Virus record (IMG/VR): IMGVR_UViG_3300005077_000067
Coordinates: 1 to 33,781 of that record
Length of the DNA: 33,781 nt
Direction: 5' to 3' (one strand)
Origin: a virus
Lineage: Duplodnaviria; Caudoviricetes
Part shown: positions 1 to 7,244 of the stretch, one piece after another
Layout of the letters: every line of letters starts with the position of its first letter
Numbering within the stretch: position 1 is the stretch's first letter
Position numbers and translations under genes: made by a program
The notes under the pieces: generated by a model
Databases searched by the model: none
What the model was told of the DNA's origin: nothing
What the model saw: the letters and a program-made list of their open reading frames with translations, nothing else

Positions 1-1
1 C

Positions 2-121
2 TGGTTGCCACCGGTGGCCGACTACGAGCGCGACGTCACGTCGCGCGACTGGCCGGTGAACGTCGAGACCGTGACGCATCTTGGCGTCGCGGAACTCGAC
101 GCTCTCCCGTGGTGCCGATGA
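2..121 (+). CDS. 3' end of a hypothetical protein (partial, starts before the window)
   Basis: Open frame from base 2 reading WLPPVADYERDVTSRDWPVNVETVTHLGVAELDALPWCR to TGA at 119-121, with mostly G/C-ending codons. Confidence 0.5.
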   Translation, partial: WLPPVADYERDVTSRDWPVNVETVTHLGVAELDALPWCR

Positions 122-171
122 CATTCCACGCGCCGGCGAACCCGGCGCAACCGACAGAGAGAGACCGAATC

Positions 172-432
172 ATGACGACGACGACACGAGTACTGCGGGG
201 CGACGTGCGCACCGCCCACGGACGCGACTACATCGTGCTGGGCACCTGCCGCGGACGGCGCGGCGAGGCGCGCACGATGGTGACGATCGGCTACGCTACC
301 GCTGGCGGGGGCGCCGTAGTCTACCCCGCCGAGACGTGGACACACGCGACCGTCGCAGGCCACCCGCGGAAGGGTCGCGTGCGCCTGTCGGTGCGCGCCG
401 CCGGGGGACACCATTATTACGAGGCACAATGA
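172..432 (+). CDS. Hypothetical phage protein (86 aa, MTTTTRVLRGDV...)
   Basis: ATG at 172 after purine-rich AGAGAGAG; GC3-rich codons; stop overlaps the next ATG (ATGA at 429-432). Confidence 0.6.
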   Translation: MTTTTRVLRGDVRTAHGRDYIVLGTCRGRRGEARTMVTIGYATAGGGAVVYPAETWTHATVAGHPRKGRVRLSVRAAGGHHYYEAQ

Positions 433-643
433 TCGGGGAGGCCGCAACACTCAAGCTGGCCTGCCCGGCCTGCGAGTGATCGATGCGCGGCGCGCCCTTC
501 CTGCGGCACGCGACCTCCATCATTCGCCGAACTTGCCGGCACTGCCGCCGCCGGCGGTGGCGAGTGAAGCCCACGCCAAAGACGTGTGACGCCCGACGAT
601 CACGGTCGTATCGTGGCTCTTGCGGCCCCCCGGGGAGAACTGA
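429..643 (+). pseudogene. Interrupted small zinc-ribbon gene (CPAC...CRHC)
   Basis: ATGA-coupled start; MIGEAATLKLACPACE, then in-frame TGA at 477-479, then SMRGAPFLRHATSIIRRTCRHCRRRRWRVK in the same frame; 3' end uncertain (possible frameshift). Confidence 0.35.
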
Positions 644-840
644 CCCGCGGCACGTAAGCAAGAACCTGTGGCCGCGCACAGGGGGTCGGGATCCTTGCCG
701 CGTTCGGCGAGTGGACCCCCTCGGTGACGTCTTCCGCGCCCGACGATCCTGACCGCATCCCTCCCCGCCGACTCTCCGCCGCGTAGCGACGGTAGGGGCC
801 CCACATGGTACCGCTGCCCTGGGGAGCTGGCCGAGCGGCT

Positions 841-899
841 GCGCCCGTGACTCGTAGTCACGGGCGCGTTTCCAACCGGAAACCGCTCGCGGGGCGAGC
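841..899. repeat. Three tandem perfect inverted repeats (hairpin cluster) between convergent genes
   Basis: GCGCCCGTGACT-CGT-AGTCACGGGCGC (841-867); GTTTCC-AACC-GGAAAC (868-883); GCTCGC-GGG-GCGAGC (885-899). Confidence 0.85.
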
Positions 900-920
900 C
901 TAGTTTGATGTCGGGCGAGG

Positions 921-2996
921 TCAGCCGAGCATCTCGTCGGCGGCGAACACGTTCACCCAGGCAATGCCGGCTGGAGTCACGGTGTAGCCGCGCGGGCTTT
1001 CCGCGGTCGCGCGCCGGATGGCGAGGTAGCCCTTGGCCACCCCGAGGTCGACGCATGCGCGCCCGCGCTGCAGCCGCAGCCGGGCCGCCTGGGCGATCGC
1101 ATCCCGTGTGGTCGCGGCCCCACCCAGCCCGCGTAGCGCCTCGACCACGGCGCGCATGTCGGCCTCCAGCGACTCGTCTTCCCGCTGGGCTTCCCCGGCA
1201 ATCGCTTCCGCCGCGGTGTCATCCAGCACCGCCGCGGTGAGGGCCTCGCCGTCTTCGTCGTGCCCGACCTCGACCGACACGCGCGGCAGGCGCAGCTGTC
1301 CCGGCTTCTCGTCGTCCTTCATCTTGAGGGGGAGCACGTGGGCTCCCCAGGCGTCGGCCGACATGCCGATCACGAAGTCGGAGTTGCCAAGGAACGCGCC
1401 CGACCCACGGAGGTCCTCCATCGCCGGCATCACCGATCTGCCCTTGGCCTTCGTCGTGTGATGCACGATGCCGATCGCCGCGCCGCTGACGGCGGCGACC
1501 TCGCCGAGCACGCGCATGGCCGGCGCCGCGAACTCGGACGAATCCTCACTGGCAGCCCAGTGCGCCGACAGGGTGTCGATGATGATCAGCGCCGGCGGGC
1601 CGTGCGCCTCGGTCTCGGCCTTCACGAGGTCCATGATGGCTCGGTGGCCTTCCGGGCTGGACAGCGGCACCCGGAAGTCGGCGATGACGAGTCTTCGCCC
1701 TTTCGGTATCGGCCCCAGGCCAAAATGCTTGCGGGCGGCGGCGAGCCGGTGCGCGAAGCCGCGCCGGCCCTCTCCGATCAGGCAGAGCACGTTGCCGGCG
1801 CGCACTGCGTGCCCGGCCCAGGGGCGCCCGTGCAGCACGCACATGGCCCAGGCCGCGGCCAGGGTCGACTTGCCCGCCGTGGGGAACGCGAACAGGAAGC
1901 CGACCTGCCCCGCCCGGATGTAGTCGCGGATCAGCCACGGCGGCGCCGGCGTGGCCAGCAGGTCATCGAGCTCCTGGAGCCTCCACCGGTGCTCTGGCTT
2001 GGCCGGTGCGGGCTCCGGCTCGCCCAGGTCCTCGAACACCTGGGTGGCCGGGATCGGGGCAACGTGGCCCTTTTCCGCGGCTCTGAGCATGTCCCCCTGG
2101 ATCCATTCGCGACGGGTATACTTGCCCGGGTCCATGGAGTCGTGGACGAGGCCCTTCCCCCACGCGGTGTGGCCCAGCAGGTAGTCGATCACCACGTTGG
2201 CGTGCCCGCGGGCCGCCCTAAGCAACGTGGTGTGCAGGGCGTAGAACGCGTCCGAGGCGGAGCGGTAGGACCCGAAGTCTTTCCATGTGCCGGCGGCTAG
2301 CCGCGTGAGCCGATCGTCTTCCGCCACCGCGGCCTGCAGCACCTTGATGTCGGGCGGCGTGCCCTCGCCGGCCGGGAGCTCCAGCAGGGGATCCCGGTGG
2401 CCGAGGTCGTAGCGATCGATCAGCCAGTCGAGCGAGTCCACGACCACGATGTCCGGGCCGGTGGCCATGATCCGGTCCCCGGTGACGGTCACGTAGAGGG
2501 CAGGGCCTAACCCGAACAGCTGGAGCTCTGGTCGCTTGGCGCAGCCCTCGGGCGCCCGCCACTCCGGCGTCACCTTGGTGCGGCCCAGCGGCTTTTCCGG
2601 CAGCCGCCGCACGGCGGCGAAGACCCGGATGCCGTAGCCCGAAGGTGTCACCTCGGACAGCGTGTTCCCGAAGGCCCTGACGATCTCCACCGCTTCCGGG
2701 GCCAACCACCCGGTCGCAGGATCGCGACATGCGTCGAGGTCCAGGGGCACGATCCACGCGGTGGCACCGTCGGCGGTGGTCATCGGCAGGCCGCCGGTGA
2801 CGATCAGGCCGGGGTTGCCCTGGATGGCGCTAAACTTGCGCCCGGGGGCCGCGGTGCTTTGGTCCGGCTTCTTCGACGAGCGGGGCCCAGGGGTCAGGCT
2901 CCAGGACAGCCACCTCGGCATGCGGCGTAAGAAGGCAGGGATATTGTTGATATTGTTGGCACTGGACGACACTACCGAGTAGTCTGGCTCGCTCAT
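921..2996 (-). CDS. Primase-helicase fusion: NrS-1-like AEP primase-polymerase plus AAA_25/RepA-type RecA-fold helicase (691 aa)
   Basis: N-terminal IPAFLRRMPRWLSW, DLDACRDPATG (DxD) and EVTPSGYGIRVF; C-terminal Walker A AFPTAGKS, Walker B LIIIDT, HHTTK and RGSGAF; start taken as the ATG at 2996 because the 72-codon extension overlaps the divergent SNF2 gene. Confidence 0.85.
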   Translation of the reverse strand: MSEPDYSVVSSSANNINNIPAFLRRMPRWLSWSLTPGPRSSKKPDQSTAAPGRKFSAIQGNPGLIVTGGLPMTTADGATAWIVPLDLDACRDPATGWLAPEAVEIVRAFGNTLSEVTPSGYGIRVFAAVRRLPEKPLGRTKVTPEWRAPEGCAKRPELQLFGLGPALYVTVTGDRIMATGPDIVVVDSLDWLIDRYDLGHRDPLLELPAGEGTPPDIKVLQAAVAEDDRLTRLAAGTWKDFGSYRSASDAFYALHTTLLRAARGHANVVIDYLLGHTAWGKGLVHDSMDPGKYTRREWIQGDMLRAAEKGHVAPIPATQVFEDLGEPEPAPAKPEHRWRLQELDDLLATPAPPWLIRDYIRAGQVGFLFAFPTAGKSTLAAAWAMCVLHGRPWAGHAVRAGNVLCLIGEGRRGFAHRLAAARKHFGLGPIPKGRRLVIADFRVPLSSPEGHRAIMDLVKAETEAHGPPALIIIDTLSAHWAASEDSSEFAAPAMRVLGEVAAVSGAAIGIVHHTTKAKGRSVMPAMEDLRGSGAFLGNSDFVIGMSADAWGAHVLPLKMKDDEKPGQLRLPRVSVEVGHDEDGEALTAAVLDDTAAEAIAGEAQREDESLEADMRAVVEALRGLGGAATTRDAIAQAARLRLQRGRACVDLGVAKGYLAIRRATAESPRGYTVTPAGIAWVNVFAADEMLG

Positions 2997-3022
2997 CAGT
3001 CGATGCGTTGGCTGGTGGTCTA

Positions 3023-3051
3023 GCGGCCGGCGGCGCGTTGCCGCCGGCCGC
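3023..3051. promoter_or_regulatory. 12-bp perfect inverted repeat in the divergent primase/SNF2 intergenic region
   Basis: GCGGCCGGCGGC-GCGTT-GCCGCCGGCCGC; a second 6-bp hairpin GCCGAC-TTGAT-GTCGGC lies at 3144-3160; function is inferred. Confidence 0.6.
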
Positions 3052-3101
3052 GCTCTTTCGCGGGCCGGGGATCGTAGCACACGGGTTTCGGAAAAGCCAC
3101 C

Positions 3102-3129
3102 TTGTGTTTTCAGTCGACAACTGTAGTCT
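3102..3129 (+). promoter_or_regulatory. Possible sigma70-type promoter for the SNF2 gene
   Basis: TTGTGT-16 nt-TAGTCT in an AT-richer patch; weak -35 match. Confidence 0.25.
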
Positions 3130-3178
3130 ACTGGCAGACCGCCGCCGACTTGATGTCGGCCCAACCAAAGGTAGACCG

Positions 3179-4477
3179 ATGCAGCTGTTCCCCCATCAGG
3201 TAGAGGCAACAAACTGGCTGGCCTTGCAAAAACGTGCCGGCCTGTTCGATGAGCAGGGCCTTGGCAAGACCGCCGCGGCCATCACCGCGGCGGCCAGGAT
3301 CGGCGGCCGGTGCCTCGTGATCGCGCCGACCGTGGTCGCGCACAACTGGGCCCGTGAGATCGGGCTCTGGGCGCCGGGCGACCCGGTGCAGGTGATCACG
3401 TCGGGCCGCACCCAGGTGGACCCGGCCGCGCGGTGGGTCGTGACCACGCACGGGTTGCTACGGGTGCTGGCCCCCCGGCTGCGGGCGATGCGGGCCACGG
3501 TGCTGGTGGTTGACGAGGCGCACGCGTTCAAGAGCCCGCAGGCCAAGCGAACCCAGGCGCTCTACGGGGCGCGGCGCACCCCGGGGCTGGTGCATGGGAT
3601 CCCGCACGTCTGGCTGCTGACCGGCACGCCGATGCCGAACAACCCGGTGGAGCTGTGGACCCACCTTGCGGCCCTGGTGCCCGAGCGGATCCTGGCCCCG
3701 GGAACCACGGCCCGTGCCCTCACGTGGACCGAGTTCCGCGACCGGTTCTGCGTGCTCGCGCGGTCTGCGTTCACGCCCGACGGCGTGAAGGTCGTCGGCG
3801 CGAAGAACGCCGAGGAACTGCGCGCCCGGATGAAGGGCTTCGCCCTGCGCCGGCGCAAGCGTGAGGTGCTCAACCTGCCGCCGATGCGGTGGGGCACGAT
3901 GACCATCACCGGTGGGCGCTTGCCGGCGGCCTTGGAGTCGCTGGAGGCCGAGCTGGCCGGCAAGCCGGTCGAGGCTCTTGCCGAGTCGGTCCACTTCTCG
4001 ACGTGGCGCCGTCTGTGCGGGCTGGCCAAGGCCGAGCCCGCGGTGGAGCTCCTCGCGGAAGAACTGGAAGCGGACCCGGGCCACCGCGTCGTGGTGTTCG
4101 CGCACCACGCCGAAGTGATCGACCTGCTCACGCGTGGCCTCGCCAAGTTCGGCGTCGTGCGCATCACCGGCGGGCAGACCGCTAGCGACCGGCAGGCCGC
4201 GGTGCTTGGGTTCCAGTCGCGGGGGTCGGTCCGCGTCGCGGTGGCGAACATCGTCGCCGGCGGCGTCGGTGTGACCCTGACCGCTGCCCATGACGTGGTC
4301 TTCGTCGAGCAGTCCTGGGTGCCGGGCGAGAACGCCCAAGCGGCCGACCGGTGCCACCGCATCGGCCAGCAGGAGTCAGTGCTGGTCCGCGTCCTGGCGC
4401 TGGCCGGGTCGATCGACGAGAAGATCGCGGACACCTTGGCGACCAAGTCGCAGATGATCCGCGAGGTCATTCGGTGA
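3179..4477 (+). CDS. SNF2-family (SMARCAL1/HARP-like) DEAH helicase, 432 aa
   Basis: Q-motif LFPHQ, Walker A DEQGLGKT, Walker B VVDEAH, LTGTP, GGVGVTLT and motif VI QAADRCHRIGQ; AAAGG RBS before ATG 3179. Confidence 0.93.
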   Translation: MQLFPHQVEATNWLALQKRAGLFDEQGLGKTAAAITAAARIGGRCLVIAPTVVAHNWAREIGLWAPGDPVQVITSGRTQVDPAARWVVTTHGLLRVLAPRLRAMRATVLVVDEAHAFKSPQAKRTQALYGARRTPGLVHGIPHVWLLTGTPMPNNPVELWTHLAALVPERILAPGTTARALTWTEFRDRFCVLARSAFTPDGVKVVGAKNAEELRARMKGFALRRRKREVLNLPPMRWGTMTITGGRLPAALESLEAELAGKPVEALAESVHFSTWRRLCGLAKAEPAVELLAEELEADPGHRVVVFAHHAEVIDLLTRGLAKFGVVRITGGQTASDRQAAVLGFQSRGSVRVAVANIVAGGVGVTLTAAHDVVFVEQSWVPGENAQAADRCHRIGQQESVLVRVLALAGSIDEKIADTLATKSQMIREVIR

Positions 4478-4504
4478 CCCGGGCAAGAAAAGTGGCGGCC
4501 ACCG

Positions 4505-4544
4505 GTTTCCTGGTGTTGACACGAGACGGTTCTGCCGATACTCT
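4505..4544 (+). promoter_or_regulatory. Sigma70-type promoter, probably producing a leaderless mRNA
   Basis: TTGACA (4516-4521)-17 nt-TACTCT (4539-4544); ATG lies 6 nt downstream with no RBS. Confidence 0.75.
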
Positions 4545-4550
4545 GGCGCC

Positions 4551-4976
4551 ATGACCACCAAGCGCCGGATTCCCCGCACCGCCTACCGCAGTCCCCGCGA
4601 CAGCGCCTTCCGCGTCCTCGTGCCCGCCGGCGTCGCCTTGCCGGACGTTCCGCCAGACCCGTTGCAGCTGGACTGGTCCGACATGCATGCCCAGCTGTGC
4701 AAGCAGGCGAACGTCTACTACGTGCCGGCCCGCAAGGTGCAGGCGGCCCTGGACAAGCAGGAGAAGGACCTGATGTCCTGGCGTGATGCCAACGGTGGGT
4801 GGCTGGTCTGCACCGGGCTGAAGAAGCCCGTGCAGGGTGCGTATTGGGCCTACACCGCGGCCTGCGCCAGCTACGCCCAGGCCGAGGCCCTCGGGCGGAC
4901 CATCGACCCGCGGCTCGGGTTCGCCGTCGTGCCGGCGAACTGCCGGGATCTCAAAGCGGTGCGGAAGGAGGTGTGA
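4551..4976 (+). CDS. Hypothetical phage protein (141 aa)
   Basis: ATG directly after the promoter; GC3-rich; the AAGGAGG at its 3' end serves the next gene. Confidence 0.75.
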   Translation: MTTKRRIPRTAYRSPRDSAFRVLVPAGVALPDVPPDPLQLDWSDMHAQLCKQANVYYVPARKVQAALDKQEKDLMSWRDANGGWLVCTGLKKPVQGAYWAYTAACASYAQAEALGRTIDPRLGFAVVPANCRDLKAVRKEV

Positions 4977-4977
4977 G

Positions 4978-5211
4978 ATGGCATTCGACCCTCACGCGAT
5001 CTTGGCGTGGCTCACCAAACTGGGCCCCAATGACGACATCGTTCGGGTGCTCCCGGCAGAGCTCTCAGCGTGCGCGGACGTTGTCCGCGGCCTGCTTGCC
5101 GAGGTCGAGCGGCTGCGGAAGCTAAGGACTGCCGTCGAGGATTTCCTTCTCGGCTGCGGAGATACGGAAGACGAGCTGCGCGCCGCCCTCGCTGCGGCGA
5201 AGGGGGAGTGA
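4978..5211 (+). CDS. Small hypothetical protein with Ead/Ea22-like LLAEVERLR coiled-coil motif (77 aa)
   Basis: AAGGAGG RBS, ATG 4978; VVRGLLAEVERLRKLR; TGATG overlap with the next gene. Confidence 0.7.
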   Translation: MAFDPHAILAWLTKLGPNDDIVRVLPAELSACADVVRGLLAEVERLRKLRTAVEDFLLGCGDTEDELRAALAAAKGE

Positions 5212-5474
5212 TGGACATCGCGTCTAAGGACGGGCCGAACGGGTGCATCAATCACGCGCCCGATCCATCCCCGAACTGCGTGGGTTGCTATCGCGAACTC
5301 CAAGCACACCGTGACGATCTCCGCGCCGAGGTCGAGCGATTGCAGGATCTAGTCGATCGAACCACTGATGCGTGGTTACAGGCCGACCTCAAGATCGCCT
5401 GGGAGGGTGGTATCGACGCCGCAATGAGAGCCGCGGTAGCGGAGATCAAGTGGCTGCGGAGCTTGTTTGCCTGA
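5211..5474 (+). CDS. Small hypothetical protein with CxxH...CxxC motif and AEVERL coiled coil (87 aa)
   Basis: GGGGGAG RBS, ATG 5211 overlapping the upstream stop; GCINH...NCVGC; LRAEVERLQD. Confidence 0.65.
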   Translation: MDIASKDGPNGCINHAPDPSPNCVGCYRELQAHRDDLRAEVERLQDLVDRTTDAWLQADLKIAWEGGIDAAMRAAVAEIKWLRSLFA

Positions 5475-5501
5475 TGTTGCTTTCGCCGTGAGGAAGACAC
5501 A

Positions 5502-5804
5502 ATGAAGATCTTCGCCGTCGTCGCCGTGCCCCTCGCGGAAGGGGACATCTGGCAGGAGTGGTTCCCCGACTACCGTGTGGCCCTCCGAGCCGCCGAGGAG
5601 CTCGCCAAGGCGGTGCGGCACCGGGCGGTGCTCGTCTACCGGGTCGTGCTACGGCCGGACCCGAAGCAGCTCTGCGAGCTGGTCAACGCCAGCCGGGGGC
5701 AGTTCTGGTGCCACCTGGAGGCTGAGCGCCTCTGGGGCGCCGAGGCCATGACCCGGGACCACTACGCGCCGCCCCGCGACGATGGCCTCGACATGCTGGC
5801 CTGA
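5502..5804 (+). CDS. Hypothetical phage protein (100 aa)
   Basis: GAGGA RBS, ATG 5502, GC3-rich codons. Confidence 0.75.
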   Translation: MKIFAVVAVPLAEGDIWQEWFPDYRVALRAAEELAKAVRHRAVLVYRVVLRPDPKQLCELVNASRGQFWCHLEAERLWGAEAMTRDHYAPPRDDGLDMLA

Positions 5805-5809
5805 AATTA

Positions 5810-5848
5810 GTTTTCTCGTGTTGACATGCGCCGCCCTGAGGCTATGCT
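5810..5848 (+). promoter_or_regulatory. Sigma70-type promoter, probably producing a leaderless mRNA
   Basis: TTGACA (5821-5826)-16 nt-TATGCT (5843-5848); ATG lies 7 nt downstream; AT-rich sequence upstream. Confidence 0.75.
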
Positions 5849-5855
5849 TCCTCCC

Positions 5856-6545
5856 ATGACCACCAACGAGTTTCCGACCTTCACCGTCACGATCAAGGGC
5901 AACCCAGTGACGTTCACCAGCACCTTCCGGTCGCTGGCCGAAGCCTACGCGGCCCTGGCCGCGGCTACCGAGCGGACCCAGTTCGCCCAGGACCTGCTCA
6001 AGGCGGCACGCGAACGCAGGCTCACCCCGGCGCAGACCGCGTGGCTGCACCGGTTGGCGATGGAGGCCAGCTCGGCCCCCGCCACCGTGTTCGACCTCGA
6101 CCTGCGCCCGATCGTGGACATGATGCACAAGGCCAGCGACGCAGGCAAGCGCCGGCCGATGATCCGCTTGCGCCTCGACGAGTCGACCCAGGTGTGCCTG
6201 TCGGCCCTGGGCCCGAAGTCGCGGTTCGCGGGGGACGTGATCATCACCGACCACCGCCCATTCGCCGATCGCACGGTCTTCGGCCGGATCACGCGCGACG
6301 GCGCGGTGATCCGGTCCAACCGCTGGACCTCGGCCGTCGAGCAGCTGCTGCGGAGGCTGGCCACTGACCCGGCCCGGGTTGCCCATCAGAACGGCGTCGC
6401 CACGGGCGAGTGCTGCTTCTGCCACCACCCCCTCAGCACGAGGGAGTCGCGCGGTGTGGGCTACGGGCCCTACTGCGCGGCCAAGTTCGGGCTGCCCTGG
6501 GGTGACACCGCGGTGGCCGACGCCAAGTCGAAGGGGGCCCTGTGA
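5856..6545 (+). CDS. DUF6011-like zinc-binding phage protein (229 aa)
   Basis: C-terminal GECCFCHHPLSTRESRGVGYGPYCAAKFG fits the CxxC-x2-L-x4-S-x3-GxGPxC pattern of DUF6011; start at ATG 5856 after the promoter. Confidence 0.75.
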   Translation: MTTNEFPTFTVTIKGNPVTFTSTFRSLAEAYAALAAATERTQFAQDLLKAARERRLTPAQTAWLHRLAMEASSAPATVFDLDLRPIVDMMHKASDAGKRRPMIRLRLDESTQVCLSALGPKSRFAGDVIITDHRPFADRTVFGRITRDGAVIRSNRWTSAVEQLLRRLATDPARVAHQNGVATGECCFCHHPLSTRESRGVGYGPYCAAKFGLPWGDTAVADAKSKGAL

Positions 6546-6772
6546 CCTCCGACGACCCGGCCGGTGAGTTCCTCGCGGGCCTGGGGGAGGCCGTCCAGCG
6601 GATGGTCGAGTCTCCCTACCTGATGATCGCCGCGGTGGGCCCCCTCACAGACCAGGACCTGCCGGTTTCGGCCCTGCTGATACCTACGGAGCTGATCCCC
6701 TTCACGCGGGTCAAGGAGTTTGCTTCCGCCTTGGCCACTCAGTGCAACGCAGAGATCCCCTCAAACAACTAG
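6542..6772 (+). CDS. Hypothetical protein (76 aa)
   Basis: GTGA overlap with the upstream stop; AAGGGGG RBS; fills the gap in the operon. Confidence 0.6.
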   Translation: MTSDDPAGEFLAGLGEAVQRMVESPYLMIAAVGPLTDQDLPVSALLIPTELIPFTRVKEFASALATQCNAEIPSNN

Positions 6773-6773
6773 C

Positions 6774-7244
6774 ATGCAAGTTCAATTCACACTCACCCTC
6801 CCCGAGCACGCCGACGTGCTCGACTCTGTCCTAACGATTTTCCGGTCGCAGGGCGTCCTGCCGGCAATGAAGCGGGAGCCGGCCCCCGCCGAGGCGCCGG
6901 CCCCCTCCGGCAAGCGCCGGGGCCGGCCGCCGGGCAAGAAGGCGGAGGTGGTGGATTCGCCGGCAGCCCCGGCGACCACGCCCCCTGCGGCAGCACCGGC
7001 CGCGGCGCCCGCCCCGGTGATCACGCGCCCGACGGCCGCGCCGGCCGAGGCCGCGGTGGTCACTCGTGAGATGGTCGCCACTGCGATCCGCACCAACCTG
7101 GACCTCGTCGGCACCGCGGCCACGCGGGAGGTTCTGGTCAAGTATGCGCCGGATACCCGACTCAAGTCGGTGCCAGACGCGAAGCTGCCGCAGCTCCACG
7201 CGGCTTTGCTCGCGGCGCGCGAGATCCTCGGGGGTGCCGTATGA
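6774..7244 (+). CDS. Pro/Ala-rich protein with AT-hook-like motif and a small C-terminal helical domain, the type usually found upstream of DUF2800 (156 aa)
   Basis: ATG 6774; KRRGRPPGKK; PAAAP linker; VTREMVATAIR...REVLVKYA...RLKSVPDAKL; ATGA overlap with the DUF2800 gene. Confidence 0.75.
   Translation: MQVQFTLTLPEHADVLDSVLTIFRSQGVLPAMKREPAPAEAPAPSGKRRGRPPGKKAEVVDSPAAPATTPPAAAPAAAPAPVITRPTAAPAEAAVVTREMVATAIRTNLDLVGTAATREVLVKYAPDTRLKSVPDAKLPQLHAALLAAREILGGAV

Noticed and set aside
477-479. Genome-wide TGA recoding (alternative genetic code)
   Set aside because: Many genes end at TGA within ATGA/GTGA/TGATG overlaps, and long genes are intact under the standard code
902-916. Recurring TTGATGTCGG at ~905, ~2344, ~3150 and ~10191
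   Set aside because: Two copies lie inside coding regions with no consistent context; it is too short to separate from chance without a statistical test
821-925. tRNA-like start GGGGAGCTGGCCGAGCGG followed by stem-loops
   Set aside because: No GTTCRA T-loop, no 3' strand pairing with the putative acceptor stem, no CCA, and the 12-bp stem with a 3-nt loop is not an anticodon arm
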